This document shows positions 18,717 through 27,916 of a stretch of 64,000 bases of DNA, one piece after another; the first letter of the stretch is position 1, and the number at the start of each line of letters is the position of its first letter. Source of the DNA: Caulobacteraceae bacterium (lineage in GTDB: Bacteria > Pseudomonadota > Alphaproteobacteria > Caulobacterales > Caulobacteraceae); assembly GCA_036511515.1 (NCBI GenBank), contig DATCCB010000076.1, positions 2,482 through 66,481 of the forward strand, read 5' to 3'. The notes under the pieces are model-generated. The model saw only the letters and a list, made by a program, of their open reading frames with translations, did no database searches and was not told the origin of the DNA. The position numbers were made by a program, and so were the translations under genes.

Positions 18717-18775
18717 TCTGGTCAAGCCCGCAAAACCTCGGCTTGTGCCGAAGGGTGCGCCGTCCATAGCCACCT

Positions 18776-19402
18776 TTAGTCAGGGATCGGTAACACGCGC
18801 AGGCTTCGGTTCAGCGTCTGGACGAAACGGGCATGGGTGGCGCCATCGTCGACGTCTTCGAGCGTGCGCAGCATCGCGACGCGCCGGCCGCGCAGGTTTG
18901 CGACGGTATCGGCAAGAGTAAGCGCGCTCGACCACCGCACACCGGCGAAGGCGCGCCTAGCCAAAGAGGCGCCTCTCAGCCCTATCAGCCAATAGCCGCC
19001 GTCCGCCGCCGGTCCGATGACCGCGTCGGCTGCGCCCAGGCAGTGGAAAGCCGCGGCGATATCCCTCGCCCGCACGCCTGGCGCATCGCCGCCGATAACC
19101 ACTACCGGGCCTTTCGGCAAACCGACGATCACCCTGGTGAGGCGGACGCCCAGCTCGCCCCGCCCCTGAGGCCTGCCGACCGCGCCCCTCAGCCAATCGC
19201 TGTGACCGGTTGGCGATGTCGCCACCCAGGTGCGCCAACGCCGGTCACGGTCGAGACGACGCAGAATTTCCTGAATGGCCAAACGCTGGAAACGGAGCGC
19301 GGCGAGATCCCCAAGCTCAGCGGCCAGCCGCCTTTTGCCCACTCCCCACGCTGGCCGACGGGTGAAGACCACCAGATGGCGGGCGCCTAGCGGTTGCTGC
19401 AA
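18776..19402 (-). CDS. DUF2064 / TIGR04282-type glycosyltransferase-like protein (rSAM/selenodomain-associated)
   Basis: P..G.GKRRLA, QGRGELG.RL, VIGGDAP, GPAADGGYWLIG, VRWS, LEDVDD; start uncertain (TTG 19402). Confidence 0.85.
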   Translation of the reverse strand: MQQPLGARHLVVFTRRPAWGVGKRRLAAELGDLAALRFQRLAIQEILRRLDRDRRWRTWVATSPTGHSDWLRGAVGRPQGRGELGVRLTRVIVGLPKGPVVVIGGDAPGVRARDIAAAFHCLGAADAVIGPAADGGYWLIGLRGASLARRAFAGVRWSSALTLADTVANLRGRRVAMLRTLEDVDDGATHARFVQTLNRSLRVLPIPD

Positions 19403-20421
19403 CTGGCCCCGCCAAGAACGCAGAAACGCGCACAATGAGGATGGTTGAGCGCAACTTCACCCATCGATTCGGAGAGCGGCCCGCCCATTTCGAACCCAGA
19501 ATCATACGGCGTCAGGGTGCAGGCGATGACCGCCGGACGCGCCGCCCCCTTTCGTTTCACCACCATGCGGCTCGTGGCGCACATCATCGATCGCGGCGAG
19601 ATACCCAGGATGTCCCAACAGGCCTGCGAAATCTCGACAACGTCGGCGCGCGCGTCCATTTCCGGAAACAGCACCAGGCGCGCCGGATCGTTTACGTCCA
19701 GGACGATGTTCAGATCGTCTAGCAGCGCGGCGTAGCCGCCGCGGGCGAACGCCTGCGTTTCCCCGGCGAGCTGGCGACCGGCGATGGCGATCGAAAACCC
19801 GTTGTCCGACAGCCACTGGAGGCCATTGATGGCGGCGCGCCAGGCGCCCGCCCCGCGCTCGGCGTCGTGGATCGCTGCAGTATAATGATCAAGGCTGACG
19901 CGAAGAGTGAGGGCAGCCCCATGCCTCGCATTCAGGGCCAGCAAGTCAGCCTCGAACCGGCGCATCGGTCTCATGGCGTTGGTCAGCACGAGCACCTGGC
20001 GACCGCCCTCCAAAGCCGCATTCAGCATGGCGACGATCTCGGGGTTCATGAACGGCTCGCCGCCGGTAAAACCGATCTGCCAGGTCGCAAGGCCGAGCGA
20101 GGCGATCTCGCCCAGATAGTCGCCAACCTCGTCCGCGGTCAGGTAGACCAGGGCGTCATTGCGTGGCGAGCTTTCGATGTAGCAACCCACGCAGGTGATG
20201 TTGCACAGCGTTCCGGTGTTGAACCACAGGGTCTCCAGGCCCTCCATGGCGACGCGGGCGCGAGCCGCGCCGGTGAGCGTAAACTCACGATCGCTGAACT
20301 TGCCCGCCTGTAGCGGAAGGAAGTCCTGCGGCTGGAAAGGCGAGACGGCCAAAAGGCTTCTCGGTGGCAAATCGCATGGGAACCGGCCCGCTGGCATAAC
20401 GCCAGCTTGCCGGGTCTCCAA
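19387..20421 (-). CDS. Radical SAM protein
   Basis: CxxxCxxC (CNITCVGC), FTGGEP, LTNA, C-terminal Cys cluster (CARFCVLGGASCS); start uncertain. Confidence 0.9.
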   Translation of the reverse strand: METRQAGVMPAGRFPCDLPPRSLLAVSPFQPQDFLPLQAGKFSDREFTLTGAARARVAMEGLETLWFNTGTLCNITCVGCYIESSPRNDALVYLTADEVGDYLGEIASLGLATWQIGFTGGEPFMNPEIVAMLNAALEGGRQVLVLTNAMRPMRRFEADLLALNARHGAALTLRVSLDHYTAAIHDAERGAGAWRAAINGLQWLSDNGFSIAIAGRQLAGETQAFARGGYAALLDDLNIVLDVNDPARLVLFPEMDARADVVEISQACWDILGISPRSMMCATSRMVVKRKGAARPAVIACTLTPYDSGFEMGGPLSESMGEVALNHPHCARFCVLGGASCSNR

Positions 20422-20464
20422 GCGACGGCGGCCGTTCAGCTCAACCGGCTGTCGGGCGTCCGCC

Positions 20465-20761
20465 CTAGTCTGCGGTCAGTCGCCCGACGAACAGCCCAAC
20501 CACGATGCCAATGGCGAAGGCGCTGGCGGCGGAGATGCCGATGACCAGCGCCGGCTCATCGTTGACCGCGGCCTTGATCTTGTCGCTACGCTCGGCCGCC
20601 CAGTCGCGGGCGCTGCCGGCGGCGTCGCCGGCCCAGTCGCGAGCGGCCGCTACCTTGTCCTTGATCGCGTCCGCCGGTTTCTGGCGGGGGGGTTCGGGGG
20701 CCGCATAGGCGCCCCCCGTCGGACTCTTGGAGGCTCCGGGCGGTGGGACGGTTCCAGTCAT
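20465..20761 (-). CDS. Small tail-anchored membrane protein (ElaB/YqjD/DUF883-like)
   Basis: ARDWA repeat helix, then P + hydrophobic C-terminal TM ending GLFVGR; GAGGAG RBS. Confidence 0.65.
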   Translation of the reverse strand: MTGTVPPPGASKSPTGGAYAAPEPPRQKPADAIKDKVAAARDWAGDAAGSARDWAAERSDKIKAAVNDEPALVIGISAASAFAIGIVVGLFVGRLTAD

Positions 20762-20833
20762 AGGGGCATCTCCTCAATTAGACTTGTAACAACACTCACG
20801 CGCGCGCTCGGTTGCACCGCTGCGGCGAACGCC

Positions 20834-21700
20834 TCAAGGCTGGGGTCCGGTGACCACCAGCCGACGACCGCGCAGATGATCCAGAACCCCGCCGGCGAGA
20901 GTAAGGGTGACGAGATCGAACACCGCGACGCTGTGTCCCGGATGGGCAAGAGCCAGGGCGATCGCGTGGCTCTCCTCGTCGACATTGCGCTCGGACATCA
21001 CCTTGATCATCGGAAACGCGGCTAGGCATGCCTGGTCCACAGGGTTCACCGCCGTCGCCTTGACGACGCCTCTGGACCACGCTTGGGCCGTTGCGCGCAT
21101 GGACCCCGCGCCGGCTTCCACGCTTTGCAGTTGGCTGGCGAGGCAGGCGCTCTGACCGGCGGGGCCGAGCGCGCCGGCCGCGGCGATCATCGGGCCGGAG
21201 TCATAGGCCCCGGCCGGCGCCTCCCGCACGCCCGCGTCGTGCGCCAGCTTACGGACGCTTGCCTCTATCTCGCCGACCTTCAGGTCGTTGGCCTTGAGAA
21301 AGTCACCCTGAAGCAACGCGCCGGCGACGGTGGGTTTCCAGCCCGCATAGTGACCGGCGTCCTTGCCCAGGCTCATGCGGATGGTGACCAAGCGGCGGCG
21401 AAGGGGGGCCGCCAGACCGTCCTCCATCGGTGTCGGCGAGCGGAGCGCTCCGGCCGTCCCGATCAGGCCGCCGAGGGCGCGGAGACCGCCGCGAGCCCGC
21501 GGCGCGACGATAAGTTCGTTCGCGCCGTGCAGGCGCTGGCGGACGACCTGCTGATCCCAGACCATGCCGCGCGGCGTCACCGCCGGTACGCCCAGGATCC
21601 ACACTTCCGACCGATCCTGCGCGACCCGCCACCAGGACGGCGCCGCGGCGGCCGTCGTCGCGACCAGGACAAGCAGGGCCCCCAGGGCCGGCGCCCTCAC
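20834..21700 (-). CDS. TraB/GumN (Tiki-like) family secreted protein
   Basis: Signal peptide; P.WWRV...SEVWILG; C-terminal G.SVAV...L....GVLDHLR.R...V.GP; GTGA overlap with the PrsW stop. Confidence 0.75.
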   Translation of the reverse strand: MRAPALGALLVLVATTAAAAPSWWRVAQDRSEVWILGVPAVTPRGMVWDQQVVRQRLHGANELIVAPRARGGLRALGGLIGTAGALRSPTPMEDGLAAPLRRRLVTIRMSLGKDAGHYAGWKPTVAGALLQGDFLKANDLKVGEIEASVRKLAHDAGVREAPAGAYDSGPMIAAAGALGPAGQSACLASQLQSVEAGAGSMRATAQAWSRGVVKATAVNPVDQACLAAFPMIKVMSERNVDEESHAIALALAHPGHSVAVFDLVTLTLAGGVLDHLRGRRLVVTGPQP

Positions 21701-22722
21701 GCGGCGCGGGCCTGGCTCTCCAGGCGGTAGAGCTCCCAAAGTTCCTTGCGGCTGAATTGCAGATGGGGCCAGAGGGTGAGCAGGGCCGTGCGACCCATTT
21801 CCTTTTCAAGGGCGTGCAGCCGATGGAGCTTTTCGCGATCCCCCGCCACCGCCAGGATGATCTCGCCGCCCTCGCGCGCCAGCAGCATCTGTTCGGCGCG
21901 AATGACCAGCTCGGTGTGCAGCTGGAGATAGGCGAACATATCGTTGACCACCGCGGCGTCGAACCGCTTGGCGAGATCGGCGATGAACCGGCCAGCCTCC
22001 GTCTGGGCGAAGGTGCCGTTACGCATCTCCTCAAGAACGTGTTCGTGCGATTTGAAGTCGGAAAGCAGCCACTTGTCCGCCGAATGTTCGGATTTGGCGA
22101 AGATCAGCAGCAGGGTGAGCGGCACGACCAGCAGCGTCACCATCATGGTCATGACCGGCGCCCCGGGAAAATGGTTGAACGCCGCGTGCAGGACGATGGC
22201 CGCCGCCAGGCCGGGCAGATAGAGACTGGGATTGAGCTTGGCGTGGCGCTCGGTCAGCGATTGGGCAAGGACCCCGAAGATCGCCGTCGCGCCGCCGTGC
22301 ATAACCGCGGTGCCAAAACCGCGGACAAGCCACACGCCGATGTTCGCCTGCGGAAACAGGTGCAGGTAATAGACGTTTTCCAAAAGGGCAAACCCGGCGC
22401 CGATCGAAAATCCGACGATGGCGGCATCGACCATGAACCCCAGGCGGTTGCGGCTGAACAGATAGATCATCAACGAGGCTTTCAGCACCTCCTCGACAAT
22501 GGGAGCGACGTATCGGCTGTAGTCGGTGAAGCCGATCGGCAGTCCGTCGAGCACGTGGCCGTTGATCACATAGCTTGCCGCCGCCAGCGCAGCCCCAGCG
22601 CCGAGCGCAATCAGGACCATGGAAAAGCTGACCAGCTTGAACGCATCGAGCCGGTGGAACACGACCAGGAAAACCAGCACGGGCGCCAAGGCGACCGGGG
22701 CCTTGAGGAAAAAGTCCGTCAC
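21697..22722 (-). CDS. PrsW family glutamic-type intramembrane protease
   Basis: Multi-TM; APIVEEVLK, GFALLEN..Y, H (VMHGG), LHAAFN; extra soluble C-terminal domain. Confidence 0.9.
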   Translation of the reverse strand: MTDFFLKAPVALAPVLVFLVVFHRLDAFKLVSFSMVLIALGAGAALAAASYVINGHVLDGLPIGFTDYSRYVAPIVEEVLKASLMIYLFSRNRLGFMVDAAIVGFSIGAGFALLENVYYLHLFPQANIGVWLVRGFGTAVMHGGATAIFGVLAQSLTERHAKLNPSLYLPGLAAAIVLHAAFNHFPGAPVMTMMVTLLVVPLTLLLIFAKSEHSADKWLLSDFKSHEHVLEEMRNGTFAQTEAGRFIADLAKRFDAAVVNDMFAYLQLHTELVIRAEQMLLAREGGEIILAVAGDREKLHRLHALEKEMGRTALLTLWPHLQFSRKELWELYRLESQARAA

Positions 22723-22750
22723 CTTGGGCTGCCTGAGTTGGTCGGACGCA

Positions 22751-25700
22751 TCATAGGATTTTCAGCGACAACAGGAATTCGCCGCTTCGCCGCCGATCCT
22801 GACCAAATCCCTCGGCGTAGCCAACGGAAAAGGTCATCGGCAGCCGCAGGGCGACGGTGAAGTTCCAGTCGAGTTGCCCGCCGGCCGTTCCCAGCACATG
22901 CGCGCCGCCGGCGACCGGATCGACAGCCAGCAAACCCGCGAACAGGGCTGGCCGCGCCGAACTGAGGAACAGGCTGGGGACACCGACCTCGCTGAACCGG
23001 ACCGGCGGCAGGTTGAGTTCCAGCAGCGACTTGAAAAACCGCCTGGCGCTGATCGCGTCGATGCCAAACCCGGGAAAGCTGTCCCATTCGCGATAGTGTT
23101 TAACCTCGCCGTCATCGACATAGTTGTTTTCGAACGAGCCGAGATAGAACTGGCTCAGGGGATCGGTGGAATCTCCCCCGGCGATGCCGACGGCGTTGTA
23201 GAGCCAGACCGACGAGTGCGGCCATGGAAGTCCGACGCCATAGTCGAATCCGGCGTGAGCCTGCGGAAAGTTTTCGCCGTGGGAATAGTCGTCGGTGACC
23301 ACGACATTCCATCGCATGCCCCGCTCGTAGTCGACCGAGCCCAGGGACCGGTCAGTGTTGGAGTAGCGGAGCGCCGCGTTTACTTCTGTGATCGTGCCGT
23401 CCTCGCTGGCCAATATGTTCTGCGCTCCCGGCAAGGTGTCCAGGCCCGTGTAGAAGGCCGCGCTCGACGTGAAATCGAGCTGCCGTGGCGGATCGTAGAT
23501 AAAGGAATTCTTGTATCCGACGATGAAGGCGTCGCCCTTGCGGCTTCGATCGATCGGACCGAACAGGTCGTAGAAATTGGCGTCGTTGTGCCAGTAGCGA
23601 TAGCTCCAGTGCAGGTCGTGAAACTCGAGATCGGCATGCAACCGCTCGCCAGACGGCAGCGTGGAGCCCGGCGTGTAGCTCAAGGTGGCTAGAAACTGGT
23701 TGAACTGCATGGGATCTTCGAAGATCGCGTGCACCCCAACCGCCGGATGGGTCTTGTAGCCTTCGACGACTGGATAGATGGCGGCCAGTTTGATTTCGTC
23801 GAGCGGGACGTAGTGATCACGTCGGGTAATCATAGAATCCAGCGGCACGCCGGCCGGCGAACCAACCGCCCAGGTCTTGACGATCGGATGCTGCTCGGCG
23901 ACCTGCGCGCCCAGGAACTTGATTGCGCCCAGATCATCGAGCGGCTTGGGGTCGATCAGTTCGGGCACGAAGCCCTGACCGGTGTACTCGAAGACGATCA
24001 GCGAGCCGTCGGCGCGCGGGATGGGTCTAAAGAAGCCCGTGGATGCGTTGGTCAGCGCCTCGATCTTGTTTGTGGCGATCTCGAACCGGTAGATATTTGA
24101 AACGCCCGTGTAATAGGAACTGCCGTAGAGGTAGCGCCCGTCTGGCGAAAATACGAAACCCTCCGGCATGGCCGAGCCTTGCCTGAACTGGGCGACCGGC
24201 GTGGGTTCCTCATCATTGGAAAGTTCGGCGGTCCTGAACACGCGCAGCCACTGATCGCCATTGATCTCTCCCACCGACGCCGAAAGCAGCTGTCCGTCGG
24301 GCGAAACGTCGAGATCGAAGGGAATCTCGCCATAGGGAAACGTATGGACCTGAGACCAGGAGGTATAGGGCGGCGGGATGTGGACCAGGGTTACGAGGCC
24401 ATTGAGATGGCGCAGGCCCCACAAGGACTTGTCCTGCCGATCATAGACAATATCGCCGATGCGGCCGCCCTTGATCAATTCTCGGGTTTTGCCCGTTACT
24501 GGATTGATCTCCATCAGATTCCGATAGGCGTAGTTGTTGGTCGTGTACCAGGCGCGATTGTCATCGGGATCGTAGGCCAGTGAGGTCACACGATAGAGCA
24601 TCGCTCCCTTGATGTCGGCCAGCTTGCGATCGATGCCGGTTCGCAGCGAAAGCACGCCGACATGGGCGATGATCCCGGTTGGCCTGAAGGCGCCGATGAG
24701 ACTATCGGTTTTCGGATCGTAGAAGGCGCGCGACACCGAGCCTAGCGCCTGGGGAGCAAGGCGGTGACCGGGAGTCAGGGGAGAGCTGGCCACCGACTTG
24801 AGATTGTCATGCTGGAAGCCGTGTTCCCAGACGATCCAGTCAGCCCAGACCGAGTCAAGTGACTTGCCGAACACCCGCTTGAACTGCACCGAATAGTAGC
24901 CGGCGCTGCCTTCGTCCCGGCGCAGCCACGCGATGACCTTTTCCGGCGAATAGGTGAGCGCCAGATAGCTGAAGAAACGGGTGCCATAGAGGTATTCGTT
25001 GACGCCAACCTGGAAATCGATCGAGGTGCCTTCCGACTCGAGGCCAAGAGGCGAAAAGAAGCGGGCATTGTCCCGAACCATCGCCCGGAAGACCATCTCG
25101 TCGTAGCCGCCCTGGGCGCGCCCGAAACCGCCGGCCATCCATGTTTCCATGAACACCGCGCTGCCTTCCAGGTACCAGCGCGGCACGTTGACACGCGGAG
25201 TCGCCAGATAGTTGTAGAGGATCGACTCGGGGTGGTCTTCCAACGGCATAGGCTTGCCATGAAAGATTCGCCGCCAGAGCGCGTCGTTCTTATTCCACAC
25301 ATCCATCGTCGCTACGTGGACGAGTTCGTGATTCATCAGGGCGTAAAACCGATCGCCGGCGCTGAATGTTTCAAACGTCTGGCTGAGCGGTCCGATATCG
25401 ATGAGCAAGGCGTTGTTGGGCGACGCTCTCGCGGCGGCATTTCCGTAGTCGCCGAAATCCTTGAGCAGGACCGTCGTCTTGTCCCAGGGCTTCCAGCCGA
25501 ACGTGCGCTTCTGAAAGGCGAAGGAGTTCTCGAAACTGCGCGCTATGTGGGGCGTGAGATAGGTTTCGGCCGGATCGAAGTAGAGCAGCTGGAGATCGTT
25601 CGTCTCCAGGCGGCTGAGGTCGATGGCGGGCGGAGCATGGGCTGGCCTGGTGGAGCCGGTCGAGGGTCCGTTGGGTGGTTGGGTCGGCTCCCCTCTCTGG

Positions 25701-25804
25701 GTCGGCGCGGGCGGCAGCGTCTGGGTCGGCGCCTCGATCTGAGCCACGGCATGCCCGGCGATAAGCGTCAGGCAAATCGTCAGGCATGCAAACCCTGTGC
25801 GCAT
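22751..25804 (-). CDS. Secreted/outer-membrane protein: HEXXH metallopeptidase-like domain + TolB-like propeller + predicted C-terminal beta-barrel
   Basis: Signal peptide, Pro-rich linker, HELVH...PRWYLEGSAV (gluzincin), SPDG repeats, alternating aromatic/hydrophobic strands at the C-terminus. Confidence 0.75.
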   Translation of the reverse strand: MRTGFACLTICLTLIAGHAVAQIEAPTQTLPPAPTQRGEPTQPPNGPSTGSTRPAHAPPAIDLSRLETNDLQLLYFDPAETYLTPHIARSFENSFAFQKRTFGWKPWDKTTVLLKDFGDYGNAAARASPNNALLIDIGPLSQTFETFSAGDRFYALMNHELVHVATMDVWNKNDALWRRIFHGKPMPLEDHPESILYNYLATPRVNVPRWYLEGSAVFMETWMAGGFGRAQGGYDEMVFRAMVRDNARFFSPLGLESEGTSIDFQVGVNEYLYGTRFFSYLALTYSPEKVIAWLRRDEGSAGYYSVQFKRVFGKSLDSVWADWIVWEHGFQHDNLKSVASSPLTPGHRLAPQALGSVSRAFYDPKTDSLIGAFRPTGIIAHVGVLSLRTGIDRKLADIKGAMLYRVTSLAYDPDDNRAWYTTNNYAYRNLMEINPVTGKTRELIKGGRIGDIVYDRQDKSLWGLRHLNGLVTLVHIPPPYTSWSQVHTFPYGEIPFDLDVSPDGQLLSASVGEINGDQWLRVFRTAELSNDEEPTPVAQFRQGSAMPEGFVFSPDGRYLYGSSYYTGVSNIYRFEIATNKIEALTNASTGFFRPIPRADGSLIVFEYTGQGFVPELIDPKPLDDLGAIKFLGAQVAEQHPIVKTWAVGSPAGVPLDSMITRRDHYVPLDEIKLAAIYPVVEGYKTHPAVGVHAIFEDPMQFNQFLATLSYTPGSTLPSGERLHADLEFHDLHWSYRYWHNDANFYDLFGPIDRSRKGDAFIVGYKNSFIYDPPRQLDFTSSAAFYTGLDTLPGAQNILASEDGTITEVNAALRYSNTDRSLGSVDYERGMRWNVVVTDDYSHGENFPQAHAGFDYGVGLPWPHSSVWLYNAVGIAGGDSTDPLSQFYLGSFENNYVDDGEVKHYREWDSFPGFGIDAISARRFFKSLLELNLPPVRFSEVGVPSLFLSSARPALFAGLLAVDPVAGGAHVLGTAGGQLDWNFTVALRLPMTFSVGYAEGFGQDRRRSGEFLLSLKIL

Positions 25805-25919
25805 GGCCGCCCCCCCAAACTACGCGGGCCCCCTAGGCCGGCTCGCCTGCCCGCGACGCTCTCAAACGCCGATCGCGCGGCCAAGGTGCCGCGCGATCAT
25901 GCCGCATGACAAGGGCTAA

Positions 25920-27746
25920 TTACTCAGAGCGCATGGCCTTGGCGAATCCGGCGCTGCTCATCATCGCTCCGAATGACGGGCTGGAGGCCAGGGCCATGAA
26001 CGCCGGTTGATTGGCGAGAGCCGCGAAGGCCTGCGAGTTGCGGGCCATTGCGGCAAAAGCCTGGGGATTGCTGGCCATGGCCGCGAAGGCTTGTGGCTGT
26101 TGCGCCATCGCCGCGAAGGCCTGTGGGTACTGGGCCATGGCGGCGAAAGCCTGGGAATTCATCCCCTGGCTAGCCATTCCCTGACTGGCCATGCTGGCCG
26201 CCGCAGCCTGGGCCTGGAAGGCCTCCGCGCTGCGAGCCATGGACGCGAACGCCTGGGAGTTGCGCGCCATCGCCGCAAAGGCTTGCGAATTGGCCGCCAT
26301 GGCTTGGAACGCCTGGGCGTTGGACGCCATGGCCGCGAAAGCCTGGGCATTGCTGGCCAAGGCCTGGAAGGCTTTGGCGTTGCTGGCCATGGCGGCGAAA
26401 GCCTGCGGATCGCGGGCCAAGGCCGACATGGCGGCCGAGTCGCGCGCCATCGCCGCAAAGGCCTGAGGATGGCTGGCCATGGCCGAAAAAGCCTGGGGCG
26501 TCTGGGCCGCGACCGAAAATGCTTTCGCGTCGCTGGCGAAGGCGCCGAAGGCCTGCGGATTGGCGGCCATGGCGGCGAAGGCCTGAGGATACCGGGCCAT
26601 GGCCGCGAACGCCTGGGGATGACTGGCCATCGCCGCGAAGGCCTGCGGTTGCTGGGCCATGGCCGCGAAAGCCTGAGAGTTGGCCGCCATCGCCGCAAAC
26701 GCCTGCGAGTCGAAATGAGACCCCATGCCTTCGCCTCTGGCCTGAGCGTCGAACGCCTGGGAATTCATCCGCGAGCCAAGGCCTTCGCCCCTTGCCTGGG
26801 CGTCGAAGGCCTCTGCGCTTCTGGCCATGGAAGCGAATGCCTGGGGTTCGCGCGCCATGGCCGCGAAGGCCTGGGAGTTGGCCGCCATGGCGGCGAAAGC
26901 CTGGGAGTTGGCGGCCATCGCCGCGAAAGCCTGAGAATCTCTCGCCAAGGCGGCGAAGGCCTGGGCGTTGTTGGCCATCGCCGCGAACGCCTGGGGATCA
27001 CTGGCCAAGGCGGACATGGCCTTGGAGTCGCTCGCCATGGCCGCGAAAGCCTGCGAGTTCGAATGCATCGCGGCGAACGACTGCGGGTTCGCGGCCGCGG
27101 CGGCGAAGGCCTTGGCGTTGTTGGCGAATGCGCCGAACGCCTGGGGATTTGCGGCCATGGCTGCGAATGCCTGAGGGTGGCTGGCCATGGCTGCGAAGGC
27201 CTGCGGATGACTGGCCATGGCGGCGAAAGCCTGTGGCTGGCTGGCCATGGCCGCGAACGCCTTGGAGTTCGAAGCCATGGCGGCGAACGCCTTGGCGTTC
27301 ATGCCTTCCGCGGCGCTCGACATCGAACGGAAGTTCTGAGCGCTGTGAGCCATCGCCGCGAACGCCTGCGGATTACTGGCTAGGGCCGAAAAGGCCTGGG
27401 GCGCCTGGGCCATGGCGGCCAGGGCCTGGGGGTTCTGAGCCAGAGCCATGAACCCGGGATCCGAAGCCATGGCCCGGAAGGATGGGTTCTTGATCATCAT
27501 TTCAAAGGCGTCGGTCTGCATCAGCATCGGCACGGTGTTGTCGGCGAGAACGACGTCCGAATTCGAGATCTGGCTGGCCCGGTAGCGGTCGGCGGCGACG
27601 ATGGTGCCTGCCGTGTGGGCGCCGTTGGGCGGGTTCATCTGGCCGACGAAGAATACGGCGCCGGCAATCACGACCAGGCTGGCGCCGGCAATCCAGAACT
27701 TGCCGTTGCTGGAAATTCTCGATGACATTTTCCGCTCCAATTCCAT
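25920..27746 (-). CDS. Membrane-anchored Ala/Met-rich decapeptide tandem-repeat protein
   Basis: N-terminal TM (KFWIAGASLVVIAGAVFFVG); ~45 copies of [P/S/A]QAFAAMA[S/A/R][N/H/D]; synonymous codon variation between copies. Confidence 0.85.
   Translation of the reverse strand: MELERKMSSRISSNGKFWIAGASLVVIAGAVFFVGQMNPPNGAHTAGTIVAADRYRASQISNSDVVLADNTVPMLMQTDAFEMMIKNPSFRAMASDPGFMALAQNPQALAAMAQAPQAFSALASNPQAFAAMAHSAQNFRSMSSAAEGMNAKAFAAMASNSKAFAAMASQPQAFAAMASHPQAFAAMASHPQAFAAMAANPQAFGAFANNAKAFAAAAANPQSFAAMHSNSQAFAAMASDSKAMSALASDPQAFAAMANNAQAFAALARDSQAFAAMAANSQAFAAMAANSQAFAAMAREPQAFASMARSAEAFDAQARGEGLGSRMNSQAFDAQARGEGMGSHFDSQAFAAMAANSQAFAAMAQQPQAFAAMASHPQAFAAMARYPQAFAAMAANPQAFGAFASDAKAFSVAAQTPQAFSAMASHPQAFAAMARDSAAMSALARDPQAFAAMASNAKAFQALASNAQAFAAMASNAQAFQAMAANSQAFAAMARNSQAFASMARSAEAFQAQAAAASMASQGMASQGMNSQAFAAMAQYPQAFAAMAQQPQAFAAMASNPQAFAAMARNSQAFAALANQPAFMALASSPSFGAMMSSAGFAKAMRSE
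25990..27440. repeat. ~30-bp imperfect coding tandem repeat array
   Basis: Recurrent GCCATGGCCGCGAAGGCCTG-type units at 30-nt spacing. Confidence 0.9.
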
Positions 27747-27916
27747 GAGGTGCGCCTAGATGTGGCCATGATCGCCGCAAAGTCAACACAATCTGCCGAT
27801 TATCCCGAAAACCTAGATCACGCCTCGCGAACGCAGCGCTTCGAGGTGATTTGCTGGACGCCATTTACCGTCAGGCATGTTAGCAAAGCCAGCGGGCGAA
27901 CGTCTGCTGCGATTTC

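Noticed and set aside
25990-27440. Regular 30-bp repeats as a possible CRISPR array
   Set aside because: Repeats are contiguous with no unique spacers, vary at synonymous positions and encode an open protein; no cas genes present.
26007-27451. Long antisense ORFs (458 aa, 310 aa) over the repeat gene
   Set aside because: Shadow frames caused by the stop-free GC-rich repeat; Arg/Gly/Pro-biased translations.
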